DNA of 64,000 nucleotides from an uncultured Bacillota bacterium (GTDB taxonomy: Bacteria > Bacillota > DTU025 > MWDF01): contig CAWGMK010000013.1 of NCBI GenBank assembly GCA_963823655.1, forward strand, positions 266,964-330,963, read 5' to 3'. The translations under genes were made by a program, and so were the position numbers. Within the stretch, counting starts at the first letter, position 1, and every line of letters starts with the position of its first letter. The notes below the pieces were generated by a model. It saw nothing but the letters and a program-made list of their open reading frames with translations. It did no database searches and was not told where the DNA came from. Positions 50,024 through 61,529 of this stretch are shown one piece after another.

Positions 50024-51283
50024 CTAACCCCTTCCTATGACCATTTCAGCGAAACCCATAAGTGTCGTCTCCATCTGATGCCTGCTCAGGCCGCCTTGCA
50101 TGTAAGCCGTAAACGGCGGCCTCATTGGTGCATCAGCTGAAAGCTCTATCGACGATCCCTGTATGAACGCGCCCGCCGCCATAACGACATCGTCCGAATA
50201 ACCCGGCATGAACCCGGGTTCAGGTGTTGCCTTGGCATCAACCGGCGAGCCTCCCTGAACTGCCTTCATGAAACTCAGTAAGGCCTCTTTATTACCCAAT
50301 TCTACGCGCACTACCGAATCCCCCCTGCCCTGCCTCGGCCCAGGATCCGTCTTGAAGCCCAATCTGGCAAGGAAGCAGGAGGCGAAGGCGGATGCGCACA
50401 TTGCCTCGCATGTGATCATCGGGGCGAAGTACAGCCCCTGCGCGATGAGACGATTCATGCCTAGCGTTGGTCCGCAGTGCGAGCCCAATCCCGGTGCCGT
50501 AAGTCTTGATGCCGCCTTTTCGACAAGATCGGCCCGTCCTGCGACATATCCTCCCGCCGGCGCGATTCCGCCTCCAGGATTCTTTATGAGAGAGCCTGCT
50601 ATAAGGTGAGCCCCCGCCGCGGTAGGCTCTTGTGTATCGGTGAACTCTCCGTAGCAATTGTCCACTATTACGACAGCCTCGGGATTTGACGAGCCCACTA
50701 CCTCGCAGATTCGTCCTATCTCGCCGATGCTGAGCGGTTTTCTTGTGGAATATCCCCTGGACCTCTGGACAAGCACAGCATCGGCCGACTTGGCGGCGGC
50801 CGATATGGCATCGTAGTCTGGCTCCCCGTCGCTTGCGGGCTCAACCTGAATGTAGCCTATGCCCAGCTCTGCAAGAGAGCCATGGCCCTCTTTCCCGCCT
50901 ATTATCCCGTCCAATGTATCGTATGGCTTGCCGAAAGCAGCAAGCAATTTGCCCCCCGGCCTTAAAACCCCGAAAAGCGCCAATGAGATCGCATGGGTGC
51001 CGGAGACAATCTGATGCCTTACCAAAGAGGCCTCAGAGCCGGCAATCACCGAGAATGCCGCTTCGATTGCCTGTCTGCCTGCATCATTGTAGCCGTAGCC
51101 GGTAGTCCCGCCGAATTGATAGTCCGAAAGACCTGCCGATTTGAATGCGGCAAGTACGCGGGCCATATTGACCCGTCTTATCCCCTCATAGGCAGCCTGC
51201 TGGCCTCGGCATTCCTCAAGCGAGGCCTCTGCCATCTCCACAACCCGGCTGCTGTATTGTCCCAAATTATCGAAAGCTCCCAT
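50024..51283 (-). CDS. ynbB: PLP-dependent Cys/Met-metabolism family protein (YnbB / 'aluminium resistance protein' family)
   Basis: About 420 aa, with YnbB-like conserved segments (..GYGYNDAGRQAIE.., ..DNCYGEF..) and a PLP-fold. Confidence 0.65.
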   Translation of the reverse strand: MGAFDNLGQYSSRVVEMAEASLEECRGQQAAYEGIRRVNMARVLAAFKSAGLSDYQFGGTTGYGYNDAGRQAIEAAFSVIAGSEASLVRHQIVSGTHAISLALFGVLRPGGKLLAAFGKPYDTLDGIIGGKEGHGSLAELGIGYIQVEPASDGEPDYDAISAAAKSADAVLVQRSRGYSTRKPLSIGEIGRICEVVGSSNPEAVVIVDNCYGEFTDTQEPTAAGAHLIAGSLIKNPGGGIAPAGGYVAGRADLVEKAASRLTAPGLGSHCGPTLGMNRLIAQGLYFAPMITCEAMCASAFASCFLARLGFKTDPGPRQGRGDSVVRVELGNKEALLSFMKAVQGGSPVDAKATPEPGFMPGYSDDVVMAAGAFIQGSSIELSADAPMRPPFTAYMQGGLSRHQMETTLMGFAEMVIGRG

Positions 51284-51290
51284 CCTGCCC

Positions 51291-52236
51291 CTATTCCATT
51301 CCCTTCTGCTCATAATCCCTGCTGATAGACTCCGCGATCTCGGCCGGATCCATGAGCCCCGAATCAAACCAGGTTATGTCTTTATGCCTTCTAAACCAGG
51401 TCATCTGCCTTTTGGAGTACTTCCTGGTCTCGGCCTTTATGCTGTCAACGGCGGCCTCTTTCGAGATCCCGCCCTCCAGGTACCTGATCAGCTCTTTATA
51501 CCCAATTGCCTGCAATGCGACTTTATTGGCTGCGAATCCTCCGGCCACAAGGCCGATTACCTCTTCAAGCAGGCCCTGTTCCATCATGCGGTCGACTCTT
51601 GCCTCTATCCTTGCGACAAGCAATGCCCTATCCATATTAACGCCGTAGAAAACCGCAGGGATGCAAGGCCCTGAAACGGATACCTTCTGAAGCTCGCTGA
51701 TGGGCCTTCCGGCGTTGCTGAAGACCTCAAGGGCCCTCACTATCCTTCTTGTGTCATTGGAGTGGATCCTGGAGGCAGCCAGCGGATCTACGGCTTCAAG
51801 CTGCCTGTGCAGGGCGTTTGAACCTTCGGCATCGGCGCGGGCGTAAAGCTCCGCCCTCAGCTTCTCGTCCGCCTGCTTGTCCGGGAACAGGAACCCTCTA
51901 GTGGCCGCGTCCACATAAAGGCCTGTACCGCCCGCGATGATCGACACTTTTCCCCTTGAAGAAATCTCGTCATAGGCGGCTTCGGCAAGCTCGCAATACC
52001 TTGCTACCGACATGGGCTCGTCCGGCCCGCAAACATCGATCAAGTGGTGCCTTACCAGCTGTGCATCCTCTGCCGTAGGCTTGGCGGTACCTATGTTCAT
52101 TCCTTTGTAGACTTGCATGGAAATCGGCGGAGATGATCTCCCCTCCAAGTAACTGCGCAAGCCTCATAGCCACATCCGATTTCCCGGAGGCGGTGGGACC
52201 GACTATGGCAATTGCCTTCCTTCTTGGCATCTGCAA
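51291..52236 (-). CDS. miaA: tRNA dimethylallyltransferase MiaA (frame change near 52120)
   Basis: P-loop IVGPTASGKSDVAMRLA and ..EIISAD lie in the 51970..52236 ORF. The continuation SMQVYKGMNIGTAKP.. is in the 51291..52160 ORF. Confidence 0.8.
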
Positions 52237-52237
52237 G

Positions 52238-53110
52238 CTATACCGCCTTCTCGAATCCCACGTACTCGACTGCGCCGGACGCGCCGGAGTGGAACACCCT
52301 GTAGCCTTTCATCCTGCAAATGAACGAGAGGTCCTCGCCCTTGCTTACTTTCATCACGAAGCGCCTTTTTGCAGCCCTGAACGCCGCCTTGATGTCTTCT
52401 GCTCCGGGCATTCCCCTGACTGACCATGCCCTAATGGCGTCCATCGGAGTCGCATGCGCGAAAGGTTCGGTGAACATCGGATCCATGTAGACGATATCGA
52501 AGCTTCCCTCCGGGCATCCGCCAAGCAATTGCCTGAAGTCCGCATGCCTTCTCTCGATCCTGGAAATTGCGGCTTCTACCGGTCCGTCGCCCTTATATGC
52601 CCTCATACCGAGGTCGACCACTTCGAATATCGCCTTCGAAGCCTCAAGAGCCAGCACTCTTCCTTTGGCCGAGACCACCGAAGACGCCACTATGGAGTCT
52701 GAACCCAGGCCCATGGTGCAATCCAGAAAGCTGTCCCCGGGCAACAGGCCCAGAGCCTCTACAAAAGCGTCCTTGCCGCCGTCAGCGATGCTTTTAAGCC
52801 TCAATAGGGACGAGCTCGGGTGGAAACGCATGCTATTGGCAGCGCGCCCCCCGCAATATCTCCTAAGGCTAACGCCGGACTCCTCGAATACTAAGACATC
52901 GGCAACGTCCAGATCAGAGATCCTGCCTGACAATTGTGCCCTGCTAACGAACTCCCATCCGATCCTCGCGCTCTCGCCAATAGCCCCATCCAACTTATCG
53001 CCGCCGCTCTTGCCGATCGCTATGGATGTAGTGATGAACGCGGGTATGCTATCTGCCTCTTCAAAGGCGGCCGCATTTTCACCCTTATCGCTATCGGGAG
53101 CATAACTCAT
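52238..53110 (-). CDS. Class I SAM-dependent methyltransferase, RsmJ-like (putative 16S rRNA m2G methyltransferase)
   Basis: LDCTMGLGSDSIV (SAM-binding) and FDIVYMDPMF motifs. Confidence 0.6.
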   Translation of the reverse strand: MSYAPDSDKGENAAAFEEADSIPAFITTSIAIGKSGGDKLDGAIGESARIGWEFVSRAQLSGRISDLDVADVLVFEESGVSLRRYCGGRAANSMRFHPSSSLLRLKSIADGGKDAFVEALGLLPGDSFLDCTMGLGSDSIVASSVVSAKGRVLALEASKAIFEVVDLGMRAYKGDGPVEAAISRIERRHADFRQLLGGCPEGSFDIVYMDPMFTEPFAHATPMDAIRAWSVRGMPGAEDIKAAFRAAKRRFVMKVSKGEDLSFICRMKGYRVFHSGASGAVEYVGFEKAV

Positions 53111-53128
53111 CGCCTGCCGACCCCGCGC

Positions 53129-54943
53129 TCAATGCCGGCAAGGTCCACTTTCAGCAAGAATGGGCCTTCCGTGCGGGCAACGTAACGGGTTGGAAGTCTG
53201 GAAAAGCCTCTCTAAGAGATCCTGCATCTGCTCGCGCTCGAGCTTCATGCCCGCCTTCACGGCCCCCTTGCAGGCCATTTCGGTCGCAGCCCTCCTGATT
53301 TTGCCGCCTACGTCGACTGCCTCGCGCCTCTCCTCGGCCAGATCCCTAATGGCTGCCAGCAGCAGCGCCTCGGGCGAAGGTTCGCTGCCCCCTACCAGGG
53401 GAACTGCCCTGATAATCACGCTCCTCAAGCCGAAAGGCTCAACGTCGAAACCTAAAGCGGCGAGGCTGTCTGCCTCCTGCTTCAATACTGCGGACTCTCC
53501 CGGCATCAGCTCAACCGTTTCGCTCATCAGAAGGCTCTGGCTTTGGACGGTGCCCTCCTCCAGCAGCCTCAAAAACCTCTCCACCAATATCCTCTCATGC
53601 GCTACATGCTGGTCGATCACAAGAAGCGAACCGTCTTTTTCCGCAAGGATATAGCTGTTCTTGAATTGGCCTATCACAAAAGCCGGGCTCCCCTGCTCGT
53701 CTTTTCCTAGCCCCTGCAAAAATTCCTCAGTCGCGCGAGCATCGGTCCTGATATTTCCGCCCGGGCCCTCCTGAGGCCTTCCATAAGCTTGAGGCTTCTG
53801 CTTTAGCTGCCAGCCGCCCGACGGCTTTGCGCCTTCGGCGAAATAGCCCATGTAGCGCTCCTTCATGGCGGATCCTGCCGCAGTCGCCCCGTCATGGACC
53901 GAGCCGGCGGCATAGACCTCGGCATCCTCGGCTAAAATCCCTTCGATTCCGGGAGTCGCATCCGGGCTGGTCACCGCCTCTATTACGGCATGATGCACCG
54001 CCGAGAAGACCGCACTTTCGTCGGCGAACCTCACTTCGGCCTTGGCAGGGTGCACATTGACATCAATTCTGGCAGGGTCGATCTCAAGCCAGATTATCAC
54101 AGGCGGGTATGGCGAATGCATCTGCACTCCCTCAAGCCCCCGGTCAATAGCCGCATAAAGCTGCCCGGAGGAGACGGGCCTGCCGTTTACGATTATGAAT
54201 TGGTCCTGCCTCTTCCTCTTCGCCTGTTCGGGCCCTGCCACGAGCACAAATGCCTCGATGCCGGGCGAGCTGGCCGTTCCTTCAGTCATGTCCTCGGCCG
54301 CCCTGCCCAGCACCGCCCTTGCGGCGCTTCTAGGCTCCCCGTCGCCAGCCGACTCGAATGCCTTCGCGCCGTCCACGGAAAGACTCATCGAAACGCCGGG
54401 GTTTGCGAGCGAGAGCCTCTCCATCACCTGCTCTACGCGCCTTGCCTCCGCAGGCTTGGATTTTAGATACTTCAGCCTTGCCGGCGTATTGAAGAACAGG
54501 CTTTCCACCTCGACAGCAGTCCCTTTCCTGCCGGAGGCGGGCCCCTCTTCCATTATTCTGCCGGCCTCAAGCTCGACCCTCCAGGCGGCGTCCGAGCCTT
54601 CCTCCCTGGTGATTAGCCTCATCTTTGAGACGGACGCAATCGAGGGGAGCGCCTCGCCTCTGAAGCCCAGGGTATTGACATGGAACAGCTCATCGGCGCT
54701 TCTAATCTTGCTTGTGGCATGCCTTTCGAAGGCGAGGGAGGCATCCTCCTTATCCATGCCGCAGCCATCGTCGACCACCCTGATTAGCTCAAGGCCGCCG
54801 TCGACTATTTCCACCGCGATGTTGAGGGCGCCTGCGTCAACAGAGTTTTCCACCAGCTCCTTGACTACCGAGGCCGGCCTTTCGACCACCTCGCCTGCGG
54901 CGATCTTGTTTGCGACATCGAGCGGGAGCCTGCCTATCTTCAA
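53129..54943 (-). CDS. mutL: DNA mismatch repair protein MutL
   Basis: GHKL ATPase N-terminus (AAGEVVERPASVVKELVENSVDAGA) and C-terminal dimerisation domain. Confidence 0.9.
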   Translation of the reverse strand: MKIGRLPLDVANKIAAGEVVERPASVVKELVENSVDAGALNIAVEIVDGGLELIRVVDDGCGMDKEDASLAFERHATSKIRSADELFHVNTLGFRGEALPSIASVSKMRLITREEGSDAAWRVELEAGRIMEEGPASGRKGTAVEVESLFFNTPARLKYLKSKPAEARRVEQVMERLSLANPGVSMSLSVDGAKAFESAGDGEPRSAARAVLGRAAEDMTEGTASSPGIEAFVLVAGPEQAKRKRQDQFIIVNGRPVSSGQLYAAIDRGLEGVQMHSPYPPVIIWLEIDPARIDVNVHPAKAEVRFADESAVFSAVHHAVIEAVTSPDATPGIEGILAEDAEVYAAGSVHDGATAAGSAMKERYMGYFAEGAKPSGGWQLKQKPQAYGRPQEGPGGNIRTDARATEEFLQGLGKDEQGSPAFVIGQFKNSYILAEKDGSLLVIDQHVAHERILVERFLRLLEEGTVQSQSLLMSETVELMPGESAVLKQEADSLAALGFDVEPFGLRSVIIRAVPLVGGSEPSPEALLLAAIRDLAEERREAVDVGGKIRRAATEMACKGAVKAGMKLEREQMQDLLERLFQTSNPLRCPHGRPILAESGPCRH

Positions 54944-55006
54944 TGGATATTTCCTCCTGCCATGTTCGCCCCTGAAACAATGCTTTCCTTAGGGCTTGGG
55001 ATTGCT

Positions 55007-57639
55007 TTACGGCTTCTGGATCTCCTCGGCCTCAAGCGCCCTTTTCATCTCGAAAACCAGCTCCAGAGCATCTCTTGGGCTCAACTCCTCGGGTTCAGCG
55101 TCCCTTAAAAGTGCGAGCGCTGCACTCTCCGGCCTCACAACTACCTGGTCCTCCACCTCATCCGGAAGCTCGCTCCAGCCGAAGAGCCTCATCTGGTGCC
55201 CGCCCCTGTCGTAGACCTCCTCAAGCTGCTTTAATATCTGGTTGGCCCTTCTAACTACGTCTTTGGGCAGCCCTGCCATCTTCGCCACGTTCAGCCCGTA
55301 GCTCTTGTCCGTGCCGCCTCTTTGCAGCCGGTACAGGAACACGACCTCGCCCGGCTTCTCGGCCACGCTCACATGGTAGTTCCTCGCGAAGGGAAGCCTC
55401 TCTTCAAGGGCCGCAAGCTCGTGGTAATGCGTGGTGAACAGGCAGCGCGCCCTGGTTACATCGTGCAGGTGTTCCGCAACCGCCCAGGCGAGCGCCATTC
55501 CATCATATGTTGAAGTCCCCCTGCCCAGCTCATCGACCATTACAAGGCTTCTCTCGCCCCCGGTGTTGAGTATCTCCGCCACTTCCAGCAGCTCCACCAT
55601 GAAAGTGCTCTTGCCGCCGGAGATGTCGTCATATGAGCCTGCCCTGTAATAGATGCGGTCGGCGATGCCGATTGTAGCCGATGAGCAGGGCACGAAGGAG
55701 CCGGCCTGCGCCATAAGCTGAATTATGCCGGTGGTCGCCAGTATTGTGGATTTGCCGGCCATGTTCGGGCCGGTCAATATCAAAAGCCTTGCGTCGTCGT
55801 GCTTGAGCTCAATGTCATTCTCGACGAACCTTCCCGCGGGCATCGAAGCCTCCATTACGGGATGCCTGGCCGAATAAAGCAGGGTATCCAGGCCGTCCGT
55901 TACTTCGGGACGGGTCCATCTGCGACTTGTTGCCGCCCCAGCGAAGGATTGCAGCACGTCCGCCTCTGCCGCCGCAGCCGCGTCAGCCATGATTGCATCG
56001 ATAAATCCGGATGCTTTTGCGCAAAGCCCCCTGAAAATCTCGGCCTCCAGCTTTACCTGCTTCTCCTCGGCGCCTAGCACCTTGGTTTCAATGCTCTTCA
56101 GCTCCTCAGTGAAATACCTCTCGGAGCCGGCAAAGTCTGCTTCCTTATGAAATCCGAAGGCACGCTGCCGATATTGGATTTGCTGACCTCGAAGTAATAT
56201 CCGAATACCCCGTTGAAGCCGATTCGCAGGTTTTTTATCCCCGAACGCTCCCGCTCCCGAGCCTCTAAAGTAGCCAGCCATCCCCTGCCTCCAGCAGCAG
56301 CGTCCCTCAGCTCGTCGACTTCGGCATCGTACCCCTTCCTGATGTAGCCGCCCGAACTCAAGTCTGCGGGCAGCTCGTCGGCCAGCGCCGCCGAAATCTC
56401 CTCGGAAAGCGGCTTCAAAGGATCTATCGCCTTGCCAAGTGAAGACAGCCTTGCCGATTTGGCATGTGAAGCAAGCGATGCCTTGAGCCTTCCTGCGGCG
56501 TCAAGCGACTTGCCCAAAGCTGCGAGATCCCTTGGCATTGCATTTCCTATCGCAAGCTTGGAACCCAGCCTCTCCATGTCCTGGATGCCTGAAAGCGAGT
56601 CTTTTATGCCGTCGGCCAGCCTCCTTGAGGCCATGAGCTCCTCTATCGAGTCCTGCCTTTCACCTATGCCCGCAATGTCCAGCAGAGGGGCCTCCAGCCA
56701 GGACTTGAGCATCCTTGCGCCCATCTTTGTGAGAGTCGTGTCCAGCACGTCCAATAGCCCCGCGCCTTTTCCAAGCGCGCGCTCGCTCCCGAAGACCGCC
56801 AGGTTCCTCCAGGACCCTCTATCGATGTGCATGAACGACGAAAGCCTGTATGCGCCCAGAGAACTGATATGCTCCAGGCCTGATTTCTGTGTCTGCTTGA
56901 GATAGGCGAGCAGCGCTCCGGCGGCAGATGCGCCCAAAGGCATGCCGTCCAGGCCGTACCCCTCAAGCCCCACCGCGCCGAAATGCCCCGAAAGCAGCCG
57001 GGCCGCTGCTTTGTGCTCGAACTCGCGCTCGGGCCTTGGCGTCTGTATGACCAGTGAGCCAGCACTCGCTATCCAGCCGGCAATCCCTGCGCCAAGCGCA
57101 GCTCCGGATGGCAGAAGTATCTCGCTGGCAGACAGCCTCTCCAGCTCCTGCACGGCCTTTACTTCGAAATCCTTGCCTTCGGCTTGCGTCGCTCTGAACT
57201 CGCCCGTTGAGACATCGCAGTAGGCAATGCCCACCCCGTCGTCTGAGGGAAATATGGATGCCATATAGTTGTTCGAACCGCCGTCGCCTTCCAGCACTCC
57301 TGGGCTTACCAGCCTGATAATGTCCCTTTTTACCAGCCCTTTGGCGACCTTCGGGTCTTCAAGCTGCTCCGCTATTGCCACCCTGTAGCCCTTCTTGACC
57401 AGCTGCGGCAGGTACTCGTCCAGCGCATGATGGGGGACGCCGCACATCGGCATCCTGTTGCCGGTGCCCACTTCCCTGCCGGTAAGGTAAAGCCCAAGCT
57501 CGCGTGAGGCGATCTCCGCATCTTCGTTGAAGAACTCATAGAAGTCGCCCAGGCGAATCATTAAAAGGGCCTCCGGATAGCGGCCCTTCAGCTCGTTATA
57601 CTGCTCCATCATGGGCGTCAGGCCCCCGGTCCTGGCCAT
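55007..57639 (-). CDS. mutS: DNA mismatch repair protein MutS (frame change at about 56100..56280)
   Basis: The N-terminal mismatch-binding/connector/core part (TPMMEQYNELKGRYPEALLMIRLGDFYEFF) is in the 56098..57732 ORF. The ATPase/HTH C-terminal part (GPNMAGKST) is in the 55007..56281 ORF of another frame. Confidence 0.8.
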
Positions 57640-57656
57640 TTCTCGCCCCTTCCTTC

Positions 57657-59003
57657 CTAGACCCTTGCGCCGTGCAGCACGAATGTCCTTGCCGATTCGA
57701 TTTTCACGCGGACCAGGTCCCCCCGCACACAAGAGCCGTCATCCGGCCAGTGCACCATCTTGTTGGTCCTGGATCTTCCGGCCATCGCAGACGCATCCCT
57801 GTCGGACTTGCCCTCTACAAGGACCTCCTGTATGCTGCCGACAAGCGCGCGGTTCACCCTTAACGATATGCTGTTTTGCAGCTCTATCAGCCTTTTTATC
57901 CTGTCCTTCTTCTCTTCCTCCGTTACCTGGGCCTCCATCGCAGCCGCCCTTGTCCCCTCCCTTGGGGAGTAAACGAAGGTGAATGCCGCATCGAAACTTG
58001 CCTTTTCAAGCACGTCGAGCGTATCCTGGAAGTCTCTTTCGGTCTCGCCGGGGAAGCCTACCATCACATCAGAGGTTATGGCACATCCCGGCACCGCCAG
58101 CCTGATCCTCGCCAGCAAGTCCAGGTACTGGGCTGATGTATAGCCCCTGTTCATCTGCGCAAGTATCCTGTCGGAACCCGCCTGAAGCGGCAGGTGGTAC
58201 TGCTCGCAGAGTTTGGGAAGCGTGGAGATCGCGTCTATCATCCGCTCGTCGGCAAACCTCGGGTGCGATGTCGTAAACCTGATCCTCAAGGGGTCCGGCA
58301 GCTGCTTGTCCAAGAGCCTTAACAGCGACGGGAAATCGGGTGGCTCGCCACCGTTATCTGCGGCAAGCCCTTTTCCGTATGCGTTCACGTTCTGCCCGAG
58401 CAGCGTTATCTCCCTGACGCCGGATTTCGCGGCATCCATGCACTCCGCAAGGATTTCTGCCGGCAGCCTGCTTCGCTCGCGCCCGCGCACATAGGGCACT
58501 ATGCAGTATGTGCAGAAATTGTCGCAGCCATAAGTAATATTGACGAAAGCCTTAAGATCATCCTTCCTCAGCACGGGAAGCTGCTCTACGACTTCCTGCG
58601 CCGCATCCCAGATCTCAATGACCCTCTCGCCGCCATCCAGCCTTGCGAGCAGCTCCGGCAGCCTGTGGATGTTGTGGGTGCCAAACGCAAGGTCCAGCCA
58701 TGAAAGCTTACCGCCAAGTTCGGCCTTCACCCACTCCTCCTGCACCATGCAGCCGCATATGCCGACTAGAAGCCCGGGGCGCGACTTCTTAAGCCGCTTC
58801 GCCTCACCGAGGTTTCCTATCGCCCTGTCCTCTGCATTGCCCCTTACGCAGCAAGTCATGTAGAGAATGAGGTCCGCCTTGGATTCATCTTCGGTCATGC
58901 AGTAGCCGGCCGACGCCAAATAGCCCGCAACGGTCTCTGAATCCCTCTCGTTCATCTGGCAGCCGTAGACGGTAAGCTTGGCCAGCTTCCCAACAAATCC
59001 CAT
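57657..59003 (-). CDS. miaB: tRNA-2-methylthio-N6-dimethylallyladenosine synthase MiaB (radical SAM methylthiotransferase)
   Basis: MTTase N-domain and radical SAM CxxxCxxC (CDNFCTYC); TRAM-like C-terminus. Confidence 0.9.
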   Translation of the reverse strand: MGFVGKLAKLTVYGCQMNERDSETVAGYLASAGYCMTEDESKADLILYMTCCVRGNAEDRAIGNLGEAKRLKKSRPGLLVGICGCMVQEEWVKAELGGKLSWLDLAFGTHNIHRLPELLARLDGGERVIEIWDAAQEVVEQLPVLRKDDLKAFVNITYGCDNFCTYCIVPYVRGRERSRLPAEILAECMDAAKSGVREITLLGQNVNAYGKGLAADNGGEPPDFPSLLRLLDKQLPDPLRIRFTTSHPRFADERMIDAISTLPKLCEQYHLPLQAGSDRILAQMNRGYTSAQYLDLLARIRLAVPGCAITSDVMVGFPGETERDFQDTLDVLEKASFDAAFTFVYSPREGTRAAAMEAQVTEEEKKDRIKRLIELQNSISLRVNRALVGSIQEVLVEGKSDRDASAMAGRSRTNKMVHWPDDGSCVRGDLVRVKIESARTFVLHGARV

Positions 59004-59017
59004 ATTCCACTCCTAAA

Positions 59018-59482
59018 TCAGTCGAGCCGCAACATGAATTTCGACATTATCCTATCGCCCTCGGCGTACATCTCGTCCTGCTCTGGTACGATGGAAGTTC
59101 CCACAAACGCAAAGCCGGCAAGTCTTGCTGACTGCTGGGAGGCGATGTTGTCCGGCTTGGTCGTTATAATGACATACGGCATGTTGAGCTTTCTTGCGAA
59201 TGCACACACCAGCCTGGTCGCCCTCGCTGCGAAATGCTTTCCCCTGAAGCTTTCATCTATGCCGTAGCCGATATGGCCCGCGCAGTCCTCAACGTGCGGG
59301 TTATAGCCCGCCCTTAGCACAATGCCGCCTGCGTGAAGCCCTGTTGTCTGCTCTAGGATTTCAAACTCGTAGAAAGGCACGTGGCTCTTTGCTAGATCCA
59401 CGTCCTCCTGGTATGATTTCAGGGCCAGCCTGACGAAGCCGTCCGATAGCAGGCCCGGATCTACGAATCCAGACGTTTGCAT
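59018..59482 (-). CDS. GNAT-family N-acetyltransferase
   Basis: Acetyl-CoA binding-like segment in a ~150-aa protein. Confidence 0.6.
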   Translation of the reverse strand: MQTSGFVDPGLLSDGFVRLALKSYQEDVDLAKSHVPFYEFEILEQTTGLHAGGIVLRAGYNPHVEDCAGHIGYGIDESFRGKHFAARATRLVCAFARKLNMPYVIITTKPDNIASQQSARLAGFAFVGTSIVPEQDEMYAEGDRIMSKFMLRLD

Positions 59483-60651
59483 CAGAATGCTATGCCGGCC
59501 CCTTTAAGCCTGAGCAAAGCCTGGTCGAGCTTGCCCTCCTCCACGGTCAGCGAGATGCGGAAATAGCCCTCGCCAGCCTTGCCGTAGCCGTTGCCGGGGG
59601 TTATCACAACGCCGCTCTCGTCGAAAACCTTCTCCGCGAAGCTTGCCGATGTGTAGCCCTTGGGCACTGGCGCCCATATATAGATGCTTCCGTTGGGGGC
59701 CGTGAGGTTCCATCCCATGGAGTTGAGGGTGCCGATGACCTTGTCGCGGCGCCTCCTGTAGATCTGCCTCATGTTCTCCACCGAATCCCATGAACCCTCG
59801 AGAGCGGCGGTCGCTGCGACCTGCACCGCCTGGAAGGCGCCCAAATCGATATTGGATTTCAAAGCCGCCAGCGTCCCGACCACATCGGGGTTGCCGACCG
59901 CCCAGCCGATCCTCCACCCTGTCATGTTGAAGTATTTCGATAGGGAGCCGAACTCCATGGAAATGTCCATCGCGCCTTCAAAGCCCAGGATGCTCGGCGC
60001 AGGCTTGCCGTCGTATGTGATTTCGGCATAGGCCGCGTCGTGCACCAGGATGATGCCGTGCGACTTGGCGAACTCAATCGCCTCTTTGTAGAAGCTGTCA
60101 GGCGCGCACGCGCCTGTGGGGTTGTTGGGATAGTTTACGAACATCAGGGCTGAGGACTTCGCAACTTCGGAGGGTATGAGCGAAAAGTCGGGCAGAAAGC
60201 CGTTCTTCTCGAGCAGGGGCATGTGATATGGTATGCCGCCTGCGAAAATCGTGCCCGCCTCGTAGACCGGATAGCCCGGATCGGGTATCAGGTTGTACTT
60301 CCCCGGGTCAGTGAAACACAATGATATGTGGCCGATCCCCTCTTTGGAACCTATCATCGAGCAAACCTGGTTGTCCGGGTTCAGCTCTACGCCGAAGCGC
60401 CTCTTGTAATAGGCGGCGACCGCTTTCCTGTATGAGGCCATGCCCTTTGAAGATGGGTACTGATGGTTTGCGGGATCCTTCATGCCCTCAAGGCCTGCTT
60501 TTACTACGTGCTCGGGCGTGGGCATGTCCGGGTCGCCAATTCCTAGGGAGATTATGTCGCGGCCTTCGCGCCTGGCCTTTTCGATCTTGGCCTCTATCTG
60601 CGCGAAAAGGTAGGGTTGCAGGTTTTGTATCCTCATTGCCCTCTTAATCAT
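59482..60651 (-). CDS. dapL: LL-diaminopimelate aminotransferase (class I/II PLP aminotransferase, DapL-like)
   Basis: ..[13 protein letters not shown].. and ..NYPNNPTG..; PLP lysine region [12 protein letters not shown]. Adjacent to dapF. The exact start is uncertain. Confidence 0.7.
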   Translation of the reverse strand: MIKRAMRIQNLQPYLFAQIEAKIEKARREGRDIISLGIGDPDMPTPEHVVKAGLEGMKDPANHQYPSSKGMASYRKAVAAYYKRRFGVELNPDNQVCSMIGSKEGIGHISLCFTDPGKYNLIPDPGYPVYEAGTIFAGGIPYHMPLLEKNGFLPDFSLIPSEVAKSSALMFVNYPNNPTGACAPDSFYKEAIEFAKSHGIILVHDAAYAEITYDGKPAPSILGFEGAMDISMEFGSLSKYFNMTGWRIGWAVGNPDVVGTLAALKSNIDLGAFQAVQVAATAALEGSWDSVENMRQIYRRRRDKVIGTLNSMGWNLTAPNGSIYIWAPVPKGYTSASFAEKVFDESGVVITPGNGYGKAGEGYFRISLTVEEGKLDQALLRLKGAGIAF

Positions 60652-60652
60652 T

Positions 60653-61513
60653 CTATCCCTCCAGCCGTTCAAGATATCTGTCGGTGAGCTCGCCTGCGAA
60701 GACGAAAGCCGCAGGCCCTGTCATCATTACATGGTTGTTCTGCGCCCAATCTATGAAGAGCGAGCCTCCCGGAAGGTCAATGCGGCTCTTCCTTCCCGCC
60801 CTGCCGGAAATGGATGCTGCCACTGCCACTGCACAAGCGCCGCTTCCGCAGGCCAATGTGGGGCCTACACCGCGCTCCCATACGAACACCTTGATGCCGC
60901 CGTCGGGCAGGATCTGGCAGAACTCCACATTAGTCTTTCTCGGAAAGTCCGCGTGCTTCTCAAGAAGCGGCCCCAGCGACATCATAAGCTCGTTGCTTGT
61001 CTCATCGACGAAGGCGACTGCGTGCGGGTTTCCCATGTTGACGCAAGTAATCGGAAGGCTCTTGCCCTTCACCTCATATCTTCTGTCAATTACGGAGACC
61101 GCATCCCCGGGAGCTGCGACCGGGATAAGCTTGGGGCTTAGGGCCGGCTCGCCCATGTCCACTTCTACTTTCCAGTCCCTGCCGCCCCTGTCCACTATGC
61201 GGGCAAGCTGTATTCCTTTCAGCGTCTCCACTTTAATAGGTTCCGCCGCATCGGGGAATTTCTGAGCCCAGAGGACGGCGGCGCACCTTATCGCGTTGCC
61301 GCACATCTCCGCCTCGGAGCCATCCGAGTTGAAGATAACCATCCTCACGTCGGCTTTCAGCGACGGGACAAGCACGATCAGGCCGTCCGCCCCTACGCCG
61401 AAGTTCCTGTCGCAAATGGCCTTCGATATGCCCTGAAGCGCTTCAAGCTTATCTACTTCTGCGAAAGTGAACACGAAATCATTGCCCAGCCCATGCATTT
61501 TGAAGAATTTCAT
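60653..61513 (-). CDS. dapF: Diaminopimelate epimerase
   Basis: [13 protein letters not shown]-terminus and the two catalytic Cys regions. Confidence 0.85.
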   Translation of the reverse strand: MKFFKMHGLGNDFVFTFAEVDKLEALQGISKAICDRNFGVGADGLIVLVPSLKADVRMVIFNSDGSEAEMCGNAIRCAAVLWAQKFPDAAEPIKVETLKGIQLARIVDRGGRDWKVEVDMGEPALSPKLIPVAAPGDAVSVIDRRYEVKGKSLPITCVNMGNPHAVAFVDETSNELMMSLGPLLEKHADFPRKTNVEFCQILPDGGIKVFVWERGVGPTLACGSGACAVAVAASISGRAGRKSRIDLPGGSLFIDWAQNNHVMMTGPAAFVFAGELTDRYLERLEG

Positions 61514-61529
61514 TCCAACACCGTCCATT

